A DNA stretch of 51,971 nucleotides, taken from NCBI RefSeq assembly GCF_004010195.1, contig NC_057760.1, positions 2,270,343 to 2,322,313 on the forward strand, read 5' to 3'. The notes beneath the pieces were generated by a model that ran no database searches, was not told where the DNA came from, and saw only the letters and a list, made by a program, of their open reading frames with translations. Shown here in pieces: positions 38,800 to 51,519 of this stretch (position 1 is its first letter; each line of letters begins with the position of its first letter). The DNA comes from Chiloscyllium plagiosum (Eukaryota). The translations under genes were made by a program, and so were the position numbers.

Positions 38800-39606
38800 G
38801 TAGAAGACAGAAGGTGGTGGTGGAGGGTTTTTAGACTGGAGGCCTGTGACCAGTGGAGCGCCACAAGGATCAGTGCTGGGTCCACTACTTTTCATCATTT
38901 ATGCAAATGATTTGAATGTGAGCATAAGAGGCATAGTTGGTAAGTTTGCAGATGATACCAAAGTTGGAGGTGTAGTGGACAGCGAAGAAGGTTACCTCAG
39001 ATTACAACAGGATCTTGATCAGATGCGCCATCGGGCTGAGGAGTGGCAGATGGAGTTTAATTTAGATAAATGTGAGGTGCTGCATTTTGGGAAAGCAAAT
39101 GTTAGCAGAACTTATACATATAATGGTAAGGTCCTAGGGAGTGTTGATGAACAAAGACCTTGAACAAAGACCTTGAACAAAGACCTTGAACAAAGACCTT
39201 GAACAAAGACCTTGAACAAAGACAGACCTCAGGTTCATAGCTCCCTGAAAGTAGAGTTGCAGGTAGATAGGATAGTGAAGAAGGTGTTTGGTATCCTTTC
39301 CTTTATCGGTCAGAGTATTGAGTACAGGAGTTGGGAGGTCATGTTGCGGCTGTACAGGACATTGGTTAGGCCACTGTTGGAATATTGCGTGCAATTCTGG
39401 TCTCCTTCCTATTGGAAAGATGTTGTGAAACATGAAAGGGTTCAGACAATTGCAACATTTAAAAGGCATCTGGATGGGGACATGAATAGGAAAAGTTTGG
39501 AGGGAATTGGGCCAGGTGGGGCTAAATTGGGTTGGGATATCTGGTTGGTGTGGACAAGTTGGACTGAGAGGTCTGTTTCTGTGCTGTACATCTTTGACTC
39601 TATGAC
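38800..39606 (+). mobile_element. CR1 LINE RT/3' fragment
   Basis: PQGSVLGPLLF, KFADDTK, RPLLEYCVQFWSP. TGACTCTATGA tail. Confidence 0.9.
39148..39223 (+). repeat. 13-bp tandem repeat TGAACAAAGACCT, ~6 copies, inside CR1
   Basis: Unit starts at 39148, 39161, 39174, 39187, 39200 and 39213. Confidence 0.93.
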
Positions 39607-40158
39607 ACTTAAGAGTATGCGACAATAGATAGAAAAGTAGAATCCATGGTCAGATTAGCAATGATCAAATGGCAGAGCAGGCTGAGAGAGAAGGGAGAGG
39701 AGGGAGATTGGACAGAGAGAAAATGAGTTATCTTTGCTGCTGAGGGCGATTGTACTTTACTCCAGCCATCATTCATTATTACATTGTTCCTGGCTGCATA
39801 AACTCCAGAATGTGTTAGTACGCCAGCTGCAGTGGGCAATGAATTTGAGTCCTGGTGCCGGGGAAGGAGAGAGAGACTTAAGGAGCAAATGATGGACACA
39901 CCTGAGTAGCTCAGCCACTAACTCTGGATGGAGAAACAGTTAACACAAATGCTTGCCTTCTCCAGAGACACGTGCTGCTTGAGTTGCTGAATATTTTCAG
40001 CCTATGCTGATTTCACTTTCAATTTCTTGCATCTGCAGTGTTTTTTGATTTAGTTCACTGGCATTTCTCAACTAAAAAAAGTCATCTGCACATTCTGCTT
40101 TTCTCTCCAGTTTTGACAAAGATTTCTCTCTCTGCCCCCTACCTATCTCTCTGCCCTG

Positions 40159-40160
<2 letters not shown>

Positions 40161-40200
<40 letters not shown>
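40161..40200. repeat. (CT)n microsatellite (also (CA)n at ~10505-10527, poly-G at ~41466-41487)
   Basis: Read directly from the sequence. Confidence 0.95.
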
Positions 40201-40202
<2 letters not shown>

Positions 40203-40631
40203 TCCCCCCACCCACTTCACTCCTTTTACTCCGCCCTCGCTCGTTCTCTCCCTTTGCTCACCCTCCCTGCTCTCTTTCTCTCTAGCTCTGCCCTGTCTCT
40301 CTGCCGTTTCAAAAAAGAATCTGTTGCCCTTATCCATCTGGCCTACAGCCAGTGGGGCTGTCAACATCTGAAATTGCCAAATGAGCCATTCAATTCGAGT
40401 GCAGTTAGCAATGGGCAACCAGTTTTATTTTTGCTGGTGAACTCATTCCCATGAACAGTAACAGACTCTACTTGTATTTTATCTTGTGTTTGGTTCCTAG
40501 AATAGAAATGAAGGAAATGGGTGAGGTATGGGGAAATTGGGGTTTTGGCCTCGTTTGTTCTGCTCTCATTAGACATTCTTTGGAAAGGGCTCGGAGATGT
40601 GATGTCTGACCACTGTTTCCATTTCTTCCAG

Positions 40632-40702
40632 GAGCAGATCCAGAAGCTGTTTGCTGCATTTGAGCCTGTGACAGTTCGCAAAATAGTGTCAGGGCTGAAG
40701 TG
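40632..40702 (+). CDS. TDRD10: TDRD10 RRM exon
   Basis: ttcttccag|GAG encodes EQIQKLFAAFEPVTVRKIVSGLK. Donor TG|GTAAG, phase 0 to 2. Confidence 0.88.
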
Positions 40703-40994
40703 GTAAGCTGCAGATTGGTGGTTCGGGAACAGCTTGCACTTAGAGAGCATCTTTATCCTTTAGCGTAGTAAGACATCTGGCAAAGTTTCACACGGAGAGA
40801 AAATTTGCTAACATAATTTGACCAAGAGGCACCAAGGAGGTAGAAAGATCAGGCTGTATGGAGATAGGGAGAAGTATAGGGGCTGAAGGAGATTATAGAG
40901 GTGAGGATATAGAGAGGATTAAAAACAAATGCTCTCCTATTCATTTCTGGCTCTTGCACGATGAGTAACAGCCCACTCTAGTGTTCTCAGCCAA

Positions 40995-41465
40995 CAGATT
41001 CATAGCTCCTTGAAAGTGGAGTTGCAAGTAGATAGGATAGTGAAGAAGGCATTTGATATGCTTTCCTTTTATTGGTCAGAGTATTGAGTACAGGAGTTGG
41101 GAGGTCATTTGCAGCTGTACAGGACATTGGTTAGGCCACTTTTGGAATATTGCATGCAATTCTGGTCTTCCTATCGGAAAGATGTTGTGAAACTTGAAAC
41201 AGTTCAGAAAAGATTTACAAGGAGCGTCGGAGGCTGAGGGGTGACCTTATAGAGATTTATAAAATCATGAGGGGCATGTATAGGATAAATAGACAAAGTC
41301 TCTTCCCTGGGATGGGGGAGTCCAGAACTAGAGAGCATAGGTTTAGGGTGAGGGGGGGAAAGATATAAAAGAGACCTAAGGGACAACATTTTCACGCAGA
41401 GTGTGGTGTGTGTATGGAATGAGCTGCCAGAGGAAGTGGTGGATGCTGGTACAATTGTAACATTT
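40995..41465 (+). mobile_element. CR1 LINE fragment
   Basis: Near-identical in part to 39235-39445; continues GGTGACCTTATAGAGATTTATAAAATCATG. Confidence 0.85.
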
Positions 41466-41560
41466 GGGGGGGGGGGGGGGGGGGGGAGAGAGAGAGAGAG
41501 TGAGTGGAGTGGTGTTCACTGTGATGTGGAGAAAAAGCAGGACGCCTGGTGACATGGAGT

Positions 41561-43255
41561 AGAAAGTGAGGACTGCAGATGCTTGAGGTCAGAGTCGAGA
41601 GTGTCGTGCAGGAAAACCACAGCAGGTCAGGCAGCATTTTAGGAGCAGGAGAAACGTCGTTTCGGACTTAAGCCCTTCATCAGGAATGTAGGGGAGGGCT
41701 GAGAGATAAATATGATGGGGTGGGTCTGGCAGGAAGTTAGCTGGGAAGGTGATGGGCCGATGCAGGTGGCGGGTAATGGTGATAGTTCAGAGCGGATAGG
41801 TGGGAAGGAAGATGAACAGGTAGGACGGTTCACGAGAGCAGTGCAGAGTTGAAGGGTTGGATCTGGGATGAAGTGGGAGGAGGGGAGATTAGAATACTGG
41901 TGAAATTGGTGTTGATGCCATGTGGTTAGAGGGTCCCAAGGTGGAAGGTGAGATGTTCTTCCTCCAGATGTCAGGTGACTAGGATTTGGCGGTGGCGGTG
42001 GAGGAGGCCCAGGACTTGCATGTCCTTGGCAGTTGGAGTTGGAGTTGAAGTGTTCAGCCACAGGGCGGTGAAGTTATTTGGTGAGTGTGTCCCAGAGATG
42101 TTCTCTGAAACGTTCTGTGAGTTGGCATCCTGTCTCCCCAGTGTAAAGGAGACAACATGAAGAGCAATGGATAAGTAGATGAGGTGTTTGGGTGTGCAGG
42201 AAAATCTATGCCGATGTGGAAGGATCTTTAGGGACCTTGGATGGAGGTGAGGGAGGGAGGGAGGTGTGGGTGCAGGTTTTACACGTCTTGCAATGGCAAG
42301 GGGAGATGCCAGGAGTGGAGGGTGGATGTGGACCTAACGAAGGAGTCGTGGAGGGAATTGGTCTCTGCAGAATGCTGATAGGATGAAGAAGGAAATATAT
42401 CTCTGATGGTGCGGTCTGACTGTAGTTGGCAGAAATGGTGGGGGATGATGCACTGCATCTGAAGGTGGAAGGTGAGGACCAGGGGAGTTATATCCTTGTT
42501 GTGGTTGGAGGGTTCAAGGGCAGAGGTGCGGGAAGTGAAGGAGATGCACCAGAGGACATTGTTGACCAAGTGGGAGGTGAAATTGCGGCCTTTGAAATAG
42601 CAGGTTGAATGGAATGTTCTGAAGTGGAATTGCTTCTGCTGGGAACACACCTGTCAGAGGCGGAGGAATTGGGAGTAAGGATAGTGTTTTTAGAGGAGAG
42701 GGGAATGGGAGGAGGTGTAGTCCAGGGAGTTGGTGGGTTTGAACTAGCTATCCGTGTTGAGTCGATCGCCAGAAATGGAGATGGAGAGGTCCAGGAAGGG
42801 GAAGGAAGTGTCTGAGGTGGTCCAGGTGAACTTGATGTCAGGGTGGAAGATGTTTGTGAAGTTGATGAACTGTTCAACCTGCTCGTGGGAGCACGAGGTG
42901 GCACTGATACAGTCATCAATATAATGGAGGAAACGGTGGATATGGTGCTTGTGCATCTACGAAAGATGGAGTGTTCCACGTATCCAACGAAGAGGCAGGC
43001 ATAGCTGGGGCTCATGCGGGTGCCCATGGCTACCCCTTTGGTCTGAAGGAAGTGGGAGGATTGAAAGGAGAAGTTGTTCAGCCAATCGAATGAGTGTGTC
43101 AGTGGAGGGGTACTGGTTTGGTCGGCGGGAGAGGAAGAAATCGAGAGTTTGAAGGCCTTTGCTATGGCGGATGGATGTGTACAGGGACTGGATGACCATG
43201 GTGAAAATGAGGCATTGGGGGCCAGGGAAACAAATGTCATGGAGGGTGTGCGCCA
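41561..43255 (-). mobile_element. 5'-truncated, frameshifted Penelope-like retroelement (RT and endonuclease remnants, hammerhead-bearing terminus)
   Basis: Minus frames: QTKGVAMGTRMSPSYACLFVGYVE, FLHYIDDCI, HPDIKFTW...PFLDL, PLVLTFH, AEHFNS. Core CTGATGAAGGGCTTAAGTCCGAAAC at ~41659-41683. Confidence 0.88.
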
Positions 43256-43544
43256 GGGATCCTGCTAGATTGTGGAATCAAATTCCAGGTTTCATCTGAA
43301 CAAAAATTAGCATGAAAGTGGCGAAAAAGCACCAATGGGTTCACTGAACACAAACCCTTACCTGGTCTGTCCAAAATTTTAGACATGGGTAACTTAGCAA
43401 GTTACTGTTGTGTTGGGTATTGTCAGCAACCTCTTCAGGAAACCTTGGGATGGGCAGTAAATGTGAGAGTTGTGGTTGATTGATTTTTTTGGAGGTGATA
43501 GTTGTTCTTGCAACATTCCCGATGTTCCCATCCTTTGTTGGCAG

Positions 43545-43701
43545 CTACGCTTTTGTTGACGTAGGGGATGCTGAAAATGTGGCGCTGGCTATCAGTCACT
43601 TGAACAACACCATCTACAATGGGCGACGCCTGGTCGTGAGAGAGCTGTGCGAGTCCCGGGGCAGTGAAAGATTGACAGAAACAACAGAGGTTGAATTGCC
43701 G
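43545..43701 (+). CDS. TDRD10: TDRD10 RRM exon with RNP1 (CYAFVD)
   Basis: ggcag|C encodes YAFVDVGDAENVALAISHLNNTIYNGRRLVVREL...ELP. Donor CCG|GTAGGA. Resembles recalled human CFAFVDLGSMQKVTLAIQELNG. Confidence 0.9.
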
Positions 43702-45417
43702 GTAGGATTTGGTAGCTTGCCGTGGACGGTGGCAGTTCGCACTGAGACGGTCAGGCCTTCTCTTTCACCTTGCAGACACTCATCAATAATGCATAGAGTT
43801 GCCAACTCTCCAGTCTTCCTTTGGAGTCACCAGGAATTGTAGATTAGCTTTATGGATAATTGTTGTATGCAGACCCATGAGAATAACAACACTGAAGAAG
43901 CTTTACACCATCCAGGATAAAGCAGCATCTTAACTGGTACACCACTTACCATCTTCAACGTTGACTCCCTCCACTCTGATACTCAGTCACAGCATTGTGC
44001 ATCATCTACAGTAACTCACTAAAGTCACCAAACTCTTACAGCACCTTAATTAGCTGAGCAGTTTTCCCTTCCAAACCCCTTCACCATCCTGACTTGGAAC
44101 TAGATCAGCCATTCTTTTAGTATCGCTGGATCAAACTCAGAGTTGTATAGCATGGAAGCAGTTGGATCCTTTAGTCCAATTGTCCATGCTGACCAGATAT
44201 CCTAAATTAATCTAATTCCATTTGCCCCATATCTCCCTAAACCTTTCCTGTTCATGTATCCATCCAGATGCCTTTTAAATGTTGTAATTGTACCAGCCTC
44301 CACCACCACCTCTGGCGGCTCATTCATACGCATGCCACCCTCTATGTACAAAGGTTGTCCGTCAGGTACCTTTAAATCTTGGAACTCCTTCCCTAACAGC
44401 ACTTTGGCTGCACTATTCCCCAAGGAGTAGAACGGTTGGAGAAGACAGCTCACCACCACCTAAGGATCATTTGGGGATAGGCAATAAATTGCAGGTCTAG
44501 CCACCGACACCCACAGCCTATGAACAAATCTTTAAAAGAATGCAAGTAATCCACTAGCACATCAAACAGACATTCGTTGATTGTTTTTCATTTCAGTGAT
44601 AGGAGTGTTGGAAATGGGGAGGGGTGAGGTTTCCTGATACTGCAGGACTGTTGGCAGTGGAAGGCCATGACAAAGCTAGTTGGTAGCCTTGGAAAAGGGT
44701 AGAATCCAAGTTGTTTGGGAGAAATGGGCAGGAGGCCTGTCTTGGAGAAACCATCTAAGCCCTTGCTTTAAACAAAACCTATTCTTGGGAAGTAGCCAGT
44801 TTCAGCAATTGCCCCTCCCCAGTTGTCCCTTGAGAAGGTGGCAATGAACTGGCTCCGTGAATTGCTGGATCCTGTAGTGTAGTGTAGGTGCATCCATCAT
44901 GCTGTTCAGGAGGCAGTTCTGGCAAAGAAGTATTTCTCAGTCAGCATGGTGTGGAGCTCAGAGGGAAACCTGCAGTTGGCAAGGCTCCCACTGTGTCTGC
45001 TGCCCCCACTGTCCTGTCCACTGTTGGAACGTGTTGTAGATTGAAGCAAAGCTTCAGGCTAACCAGCCAAAGAGGATGGGTTGCTCCCATGACCACTGCC
45101 CGTTGTGGCGCTGAACTCCAGAGATCTGAAAGCTCCCATCTTTCATTAGCCTAAACAAGGAGGGAGGGTTGGATAAAATAATTGAAGGTCCATACTCCTG
45201 ATCAGTCACATATTGAGAAATGTTTTTTAGTGAGGTGTGATTCTGACCTGTCATTATTGAGGCTTTGATTATACAGCCTACTGCCGATCCCTAGGGAAAT
45301 AATGGAACAGTCAACTCCAGTGGTGCTCTCAGCTGGAAAGTGACTCAAATCTAAATTGTGCAGTGCTTCCATTGACCGTTATTCTAATCTTGTACCCTCT
45401 CTTTATTTTACTCACAG

Positions 45418-45457
45418 CCTTTGGAGAAGGTTGACAAAGACCTCAGTCTAGGTAACA
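45418..45457 (+). CDS. TDRD10: TDRD10 short linker exon (PLEKVDKDLSLGN)
   Basis: Long polypyrimidine tract and cacag acceptor. Donor A|GTAAGT at 45458, alternative G|GTAACA at 45452; both phase 1. Confidence 0.75.
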
Positions 45458-45647
45458 GTAAGTACTTTCTATGGCTTTATCTCCTGCATTCTTTCACTCC
45501 CTCACCTTCTCTTCTTCCTTCACTCACTCATTCCTACCATCACTCACTTCCCTCTTTTCCTGTTCCTTTCTTTTCATTCTCCTCTTTCCCTTGTGTACAT
45601 ACGTAAACACATGCAGACAGATATGCGCATGCACGCACTTTTTTTTT

Positions 45648-45958
45648 AGATTAGATTACTTACAGTGTGGAAACAGGCCCTTCGGCCCAACAAGTCCACA
45701 CCGACCCGCCGAAGCGTAACCCACCCATACCCCTACATTTACCCCTAACCTAACACTATGGGCAATTTAGTATGGCCAATTTGCCTGACTTGCACATCTT
45801 TGGAACTGTGGGAGGAAACCGGAGCCCCCGGAGGAAACCCACGCAGACACGGGGAGAATGTGCAAACTCCACACAGTCAGTCGCCTGAGGCGGGAATTGA
45901 ACCCGGGTCTCTGGCGCTGCGAGGCAGCAGTGCTAACCACTGTGCCACCGTGCTGCCC
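45648..45958 (-). mobile_element. HE1-type V-SINE, CpG-retaining and so probably young
   Basis: Full head, V-domain and (AGATT)n tail. Confidence 0.88.
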
Positions 45959-47407
45959 ACCATGGGTCAGGTGGAGACCATTTAGTCCTTTGAGCCTGCA
46001 TCACAATTCAGCTAAACTGGCCAATCATCACTTATCCCAAGTGCTTTGGGCTTTGGAGCAAAGTTCTACACACGACCCCCCACCTGCAACCCCATGGCCC
46101 CATTGAGGGTGTATATCTTACAGACGATAGATTTTGACATGTGAGCCACACCTGAACCCTGTAAACATGTTATGGCTGACTCATCACTGCTGGTTGGGTG
46201 GGTGTCAGTGGTTAGTCTGGCTGTTTTGTATTGTCTGGTAGCTCCACATCACCACCTTGGGTGTCTTAGTCATTAGGAACAATTACATTTGTTGAATCTA
46301 TTCTTGACTTTTAATGATGAGTCAGTCTGTGCCTGACCTAATTTTCAGCATTTACTGATTTATGGGAACAGGAGGAGGCCATTCCATCACATCATTGTTG
46401 ATCTTGCACTTAACTGAATCCCATTTAACAGCCTTCACTCAATGTGCCTTGTTGTGGATCAGTCCAGAACCATACGGTGTCATCCGTTTTGCACAGAAAT
46501 AAGGAAAAATTGTTTGAGAATTGTGTAACTTTAGGAGTCTGCACTCAGAAGGTGGTAAAGGCAGCGTTGTTAGCTATTTTTTTAGGGTGGGGTGGATAGA
46601 TTTGAGTGAGGCAAGGAAATTGAAGATTGTTGGGTGAAGATGGGACGGTGAAATTCAAGACACAAACAGATCAGTCATGACCTTATTGAATAAAGCTCTG
46701 ACCTCTGGATTTTATAGCATTTTGTGGGAAAGAGGGTATTGTATTTTCATTAATCTTTGTGTGGAGGTAAAAGTGTTCCACATAAATTGCCTCACTCCAG
46801 TTTTAAGATAATGTCCCCAGTCTTCCACTTCTCCACTGTAGAAAGTTGTTTCTCTGTGCCTACACTGTCAAAGCTTGGTAAAATTTTAAGCACTGATCTC
46901 CAAAAGTCAAGGGAGCTTAGTTGAGGTTTAATAGACCTATCTTTGAATCTGAGCCCTTTAAGCCCTCGTGTCAGAGGTCATCGGGGTTGATGGAAATGTG
47001 TGTGTAATCAGATTAGTCGTCATTTTATTACTTGGCAGAGCAGGCTTGAGACAAATAGCTGATTCCTGCCTCTAATGTGTACTGTTCAGATAAACCTGTA
47101 CTGCACCCTCCCCTCTCCAAGGCCAATAAGTCATTCATGCGATACCATATCTGTTGATGGCGTTACCTCTCAGATATCCATCTATCTGAAGATACTTGTA
47201 TTGAAGACCCTTCCACCTTCAGCTTTCTGTTCTTGATGTTCAAACCTAGACTATGAAACCCACGTTCCTCCAGCATCTTAATATAGCAAAGTGCACCCCC
47301 CACCCCCCATTAGATGCATAATTAGATGGACATTGATGATCAGTAGCTTAAGGGGACATTGACATGATTTGATTTATTATTGCCAAATATACCAAGATAC
47401 AGTGAAA

Positions 47408-47743
47408 TAGAATCATAGAATCCCAGCCATTCAGCCTAACAAGTCCACACCAACTGTCTGAAGAGTAACTCACCCAGACGCATTCCCTTACCCTATTACT
47501 CTAAACTTACCCCTGACTAATGCACCTAACCCACACATTCCTGAACACTATGAGCAATTTAACAAGACTAGTTCACCAAACCTGCACATCTTTGGATTAT
47601 GGGAGTAAACTGGAGCACCCGGAGGAAACCCAAGCAGACACGTGGGGAATATACATATTTCACACAGTTGCCCGAGGCTGGAATTGAATCCAGGTCCCTG
47701 TTTCTGTAAGGCTGCAGTTCTAACCACTGAGTTGCCGTGCCAC
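47408..47743 (-). mobile_element. HE1-type V-SINE inserted in another retroposon 3' end
   Basis: V-domain in reverse. Flanks 47366-47407 and 47752-47850 resemble the contiguous sequence at 35720-35850. Confidence 0.75.
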
Positions 47744-48854
47744 CTTCAACAATAGTATTGTTTTGCATGTCAACCAGACAAATCATTACCTTGCATAAGT
47801 GCGTCAGTGTAATAGAACAGAATGCAGAAAACTGTGTTACAGCCACATATGCCCAAAAGCTTAGTGCCACTGGGAGAAACATAAAAATAGGAGCAAGAGG
47901 AAGCAATTTGATCCATTAAACCCACCCTGTCATTCAAAATGATCAGTCCTGAATAAGATTTAACACCCAAAACATTGATTTCTCCACTTTCTGATGCTGC
48001 TTGGCTTGCTGTGTTCTTCTAGCCTCCAGCTTGTCCAAATTCAAAACAATCATGGCTAATTGGATCACACATTGAGCTGTTCTGATCCATCCATCTTTGC
48101 CTACTATGAGTCTATTTATTTATTTCTTAAATAAAGTCAGTAATTTCATCTCCATAATTTCACCACCTATCTAAGTGAAGAAAAGTGTCCTCATCTCAGT
48201 CAGAAATGGCCTATGCTGTACCTGGAGACCATGATCCATTGTTATGAATGCCTCCCAGCTAGGGGAAACACCTTTCCCACATCCAGTATATCCAGCCCTG
48301 TTAGAACAATATATATTTCATAGAGTAATAGAGATGTACAGCATGGAAACAGACCTTTCGGTCCAACCTGTCCATGCCGACCAGATATCCCAACCCAATC
48401 TAGTCCCACCTGCCAGCACCCGGCCCATATCCCTCCAAACCCTTCCTATTCATATACCCATCCAAATGCCTCTTAAATGTTGCAATTGTACCAGCCTCCA
48501 CCGACGCTCCAGAGAAAACAGCCCTAGCCTGCTCAGCCTCTCCCTATAGCTCAAATCCTCCAACCCTGGCAACATCCTTGTAAATCGTTTCTGAACCCTT
48601 TCAAGTTTCACAACATCTTTCCGATAGGAAGGGGACCAGAATTGCATGCAATATTCCAAAAGTGGCCTAACCAATGCCACAGCATAACTTCACAACTTTC
48701 AATAAAATATCTTCTCATTCTTCTAAACTGCAATGAATACAGGTCCAGTTGACCCAATCTCTCCTCCCACAAACCTGTCATCCCTGGAATCAGTCTAGTG
48801 AATCTTCTCCGCATTTCCTGTTTGACAGTTATAACTTTCCTTAGGTAAGCAGAA

Positions 48855-49132
48855 CACAGTGGTTAGCACTGCTGCCTCACAGCGCCAGAGATCCGGGTTC
48901 AATTCCCGCCTCAGGCAACTGTCTGTGTGGAGTTTGCACATTCTCCCTGTGTCTGCATGGGTTTCCTCCGGGTGCTCCGGTTTCCTCCCACAGTCACAAA
49001 GATGTGCAGGTCAGGTGAATTGGCCATGCTAGATTGCCCATAGTGTTAGGTCTGGGTGGGTTGCTCTTCAGAAGATTGGTGTGGACTTGTTGGGCCGAAG
49101 GGCCTGTTTCCACGCTGTAAGTAATCTAATCT
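48855..49132 (+). mobile_element. HE1-type V-SINE within a minus-strand CR1
   Basis: CAGTGGTTAGCACTGCTGCCTCACAGC head and TAATCTAATCT tail. Confidence 0.85.
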
Positions 49133-50099
49133 ATAACTGCATGCAATCCAAGTGTGATCTCACTAAGCTCCTGAACAGATGCAGTAAGACTTTCCTTGCT
49201 CCTGTACTCAAACCCTCTTGCAATGAAGGTGAACATGCCATTTGCCTTCCTAACTGCTTGTTTCACCTGCGTGCTTGCTTTCAGTGCCTGGTTCACGCTG
49301 ACATCCAGATACTTTTGTACATCAAGACCTAGTTCTTGTCAACATACTGGAAATATTCAGTCTGATTTCCTCGTCTAAATCTTTGGAATGTACAGTGAAT
49401 AGCTGGGGCATAAGTACTGGTCATTGGGATACCCAACTTGTCATCACCTTCCGCTCTGAAAATTACTCACTTATTTATATTCTCAGTTTCCAGTCTGCTA
49501 ATCAGTTCTCAATCCATGCCAGTACATTAGCCCAATCCCACGTGATTTGATTTTGCACCACAACCTCTTGTGTGGGACATTATTGAAAGCTTTCTGAAAA
49601 TCCACATACTCCACATCCGCCAGTTCTCCCACATCCATTAACTCGTTATATCCTCAAAAACATAGGTTTTCAGGAGTCTCTTAAAGGAGGAGTGAGAAGT
49701 GAAGAGGCTTAAGGAGGGAACTGCTGGGTGGGTGTTGGAAGCATGGATGGCTGTAGGCGCAGCCACTAATGGTGCAGCGAAAGCACTAGAGGGTGCAGGC
49801 GAGGCACGTTAGAGAATGGCCAGAAGTGGTTAAAATGTTGCTAGGAGGCAGTCCTTGGAGGAATTTGAATGTGAGAATGTACATGCTAAATTAGAGATGT
49901 CAGAACCATGGAGACCACCAGTACAAACACACAATGCACCGTAGGATTGCATGTGCAAAATGGGCAGGAGAACACTGGCTCGCTTCTCTCAAAAACAAAG
50001 TGGGGATGGTGAAAGCGAAGGGGCCATTTTATAAAGCGTTGCTTCAGTCTATTTAATGGTACTTATTTCTTCCACACGCTTTGTTTTTCTCTCCTGCAG

Positions 50100-50169
50100 A
50101 AACCTTGTGTATCTCTCGGACGGTTAAAGATGGAAGTCAGATCAACTACGCGATCCCTTTAGAGATGAG
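50100..50169 (+). CDS. TDRD10: TDRD10 exon ending YAIPLEMR (gene continues right of the window)
   Basis: ctcctgcag|AA encodes TLCISRTVKDGSQINYAIPLEMR, compare recalled human FAVPLEMR. Donor AG|GTACTG. Confidence 0.85.
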
Positions 50170-51519
50170 GTACTGACGACAGTTTTCATTCTCTGCCATG
50201 CCTCCAGGTCAAAGGTTACTACTGTCAGTGGCTCAAAAGAAATTAGAGCTATGCAGGCCAGAACTTATTCCATTGTTTTGAACTGAACTCAGAGAATTGT
50301 GTCGCACAGAAAGAAGGCCATCTGGCCCATCAAACTTGTGCTGGACTTTGACGTAGTAATCCACTGAGTCCTATTCCATTCCCTCTCTTATTTTTCCCCC
50401 TACCCTGCAAAGTTTTCTTTGTAAGTGTTAACCCAGTTCTCTTTTGAAAGTTTGAAATGTTGCTGGTATTGCATCTGAAGGTTTGTGGGCACCGTGAACC
50501 CGTTACCTAAGAAAGGATATAGAGTAGATTCCTGAGGTATCAGATCTACTCTCTGTGGAGCGGTTGATGAGTTTGGGCCTCTATTGTTTGGAATTTAGAA
50601 GCATGAGAGGTGATCTAATTGAAACTCGGGGTGGGGGGAGAAGAAAGTCTTGCAGAGTGGATGCAGGAGAGGAGGGTGTCTAGACCTAGGGCAGTCTCAG
50701 ATTTAGGAGCAGGCAATTTAAAACTGATGAGGAAAGTTTTCACTTAGACAGTGGTGAATCTTTGGAATTCTCTACCCCCCAGAAAGGCTGAGGAAGCTCA
50801 ATCTTTGAACAGGTTCAAGATCAGAGATCAATCAATTCCTACACACCAGTAACATCAAAGGATGTGGGGAGAGTGCAGGGAAATGGCATTGAGGTGGATG
50901 ACAGTCATCATCTGCAGCAGTTCATTTGAATCGAGGATTACATCTGTCAAGCTGGGTGAGTTTTTGGATCACTGTGCAGTCAGTATCAGATCCACAAGTT
51001 TTTCTGCAGTGGGAGCACATAGATGCAAGAGATTTATAACCTCAGGTTGGCTTTCTGTTCTTTCCTCTGCTGCCATCATTCCACTTAGTTGAGTTGTTTC
51101 TAGGTAGTTTGTGCTTAGAGGATCAGTAGGAGCTATGTTGACAGCTTTTTGGTCCCTGTCTGTGGTAGAGGGTCGGCCATGATCTAATATAGCAGGGCAG
51201 GCTGTTTGGGCTGAATGACTGCCCCCTGTTGCTGTGTATCTATGTTTTTATGTTCCCATTGAACATTCTTCCACTTTCCCTTTGGTTAGTGTGTTTCGGA
51301 TCACAACTCGCTGCTTCAGGTTTTTTTACACGTTCTCCTGGTTACCCATCTGGTTGCTTTGTCAGTCCATTGCTTACCAAATCTTTCCACCTTAGTCAAC
51401 TGGTGCAATGATAGATCATTAGTCTATAGGAACAGAAGTAGGCTATTCAGCTCATCAAGTCAACTGTGCCATTTGATGAGACCATGGCTGATCTCTCAAT
51501 TCTCAAGGTTGAAACTTTA

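Noticed and set aside
40038..40454. SLSLSL / ERERER ORFs
   Set aside because: These are translations of the (CT)n microsatellite and pyrimidine tract.
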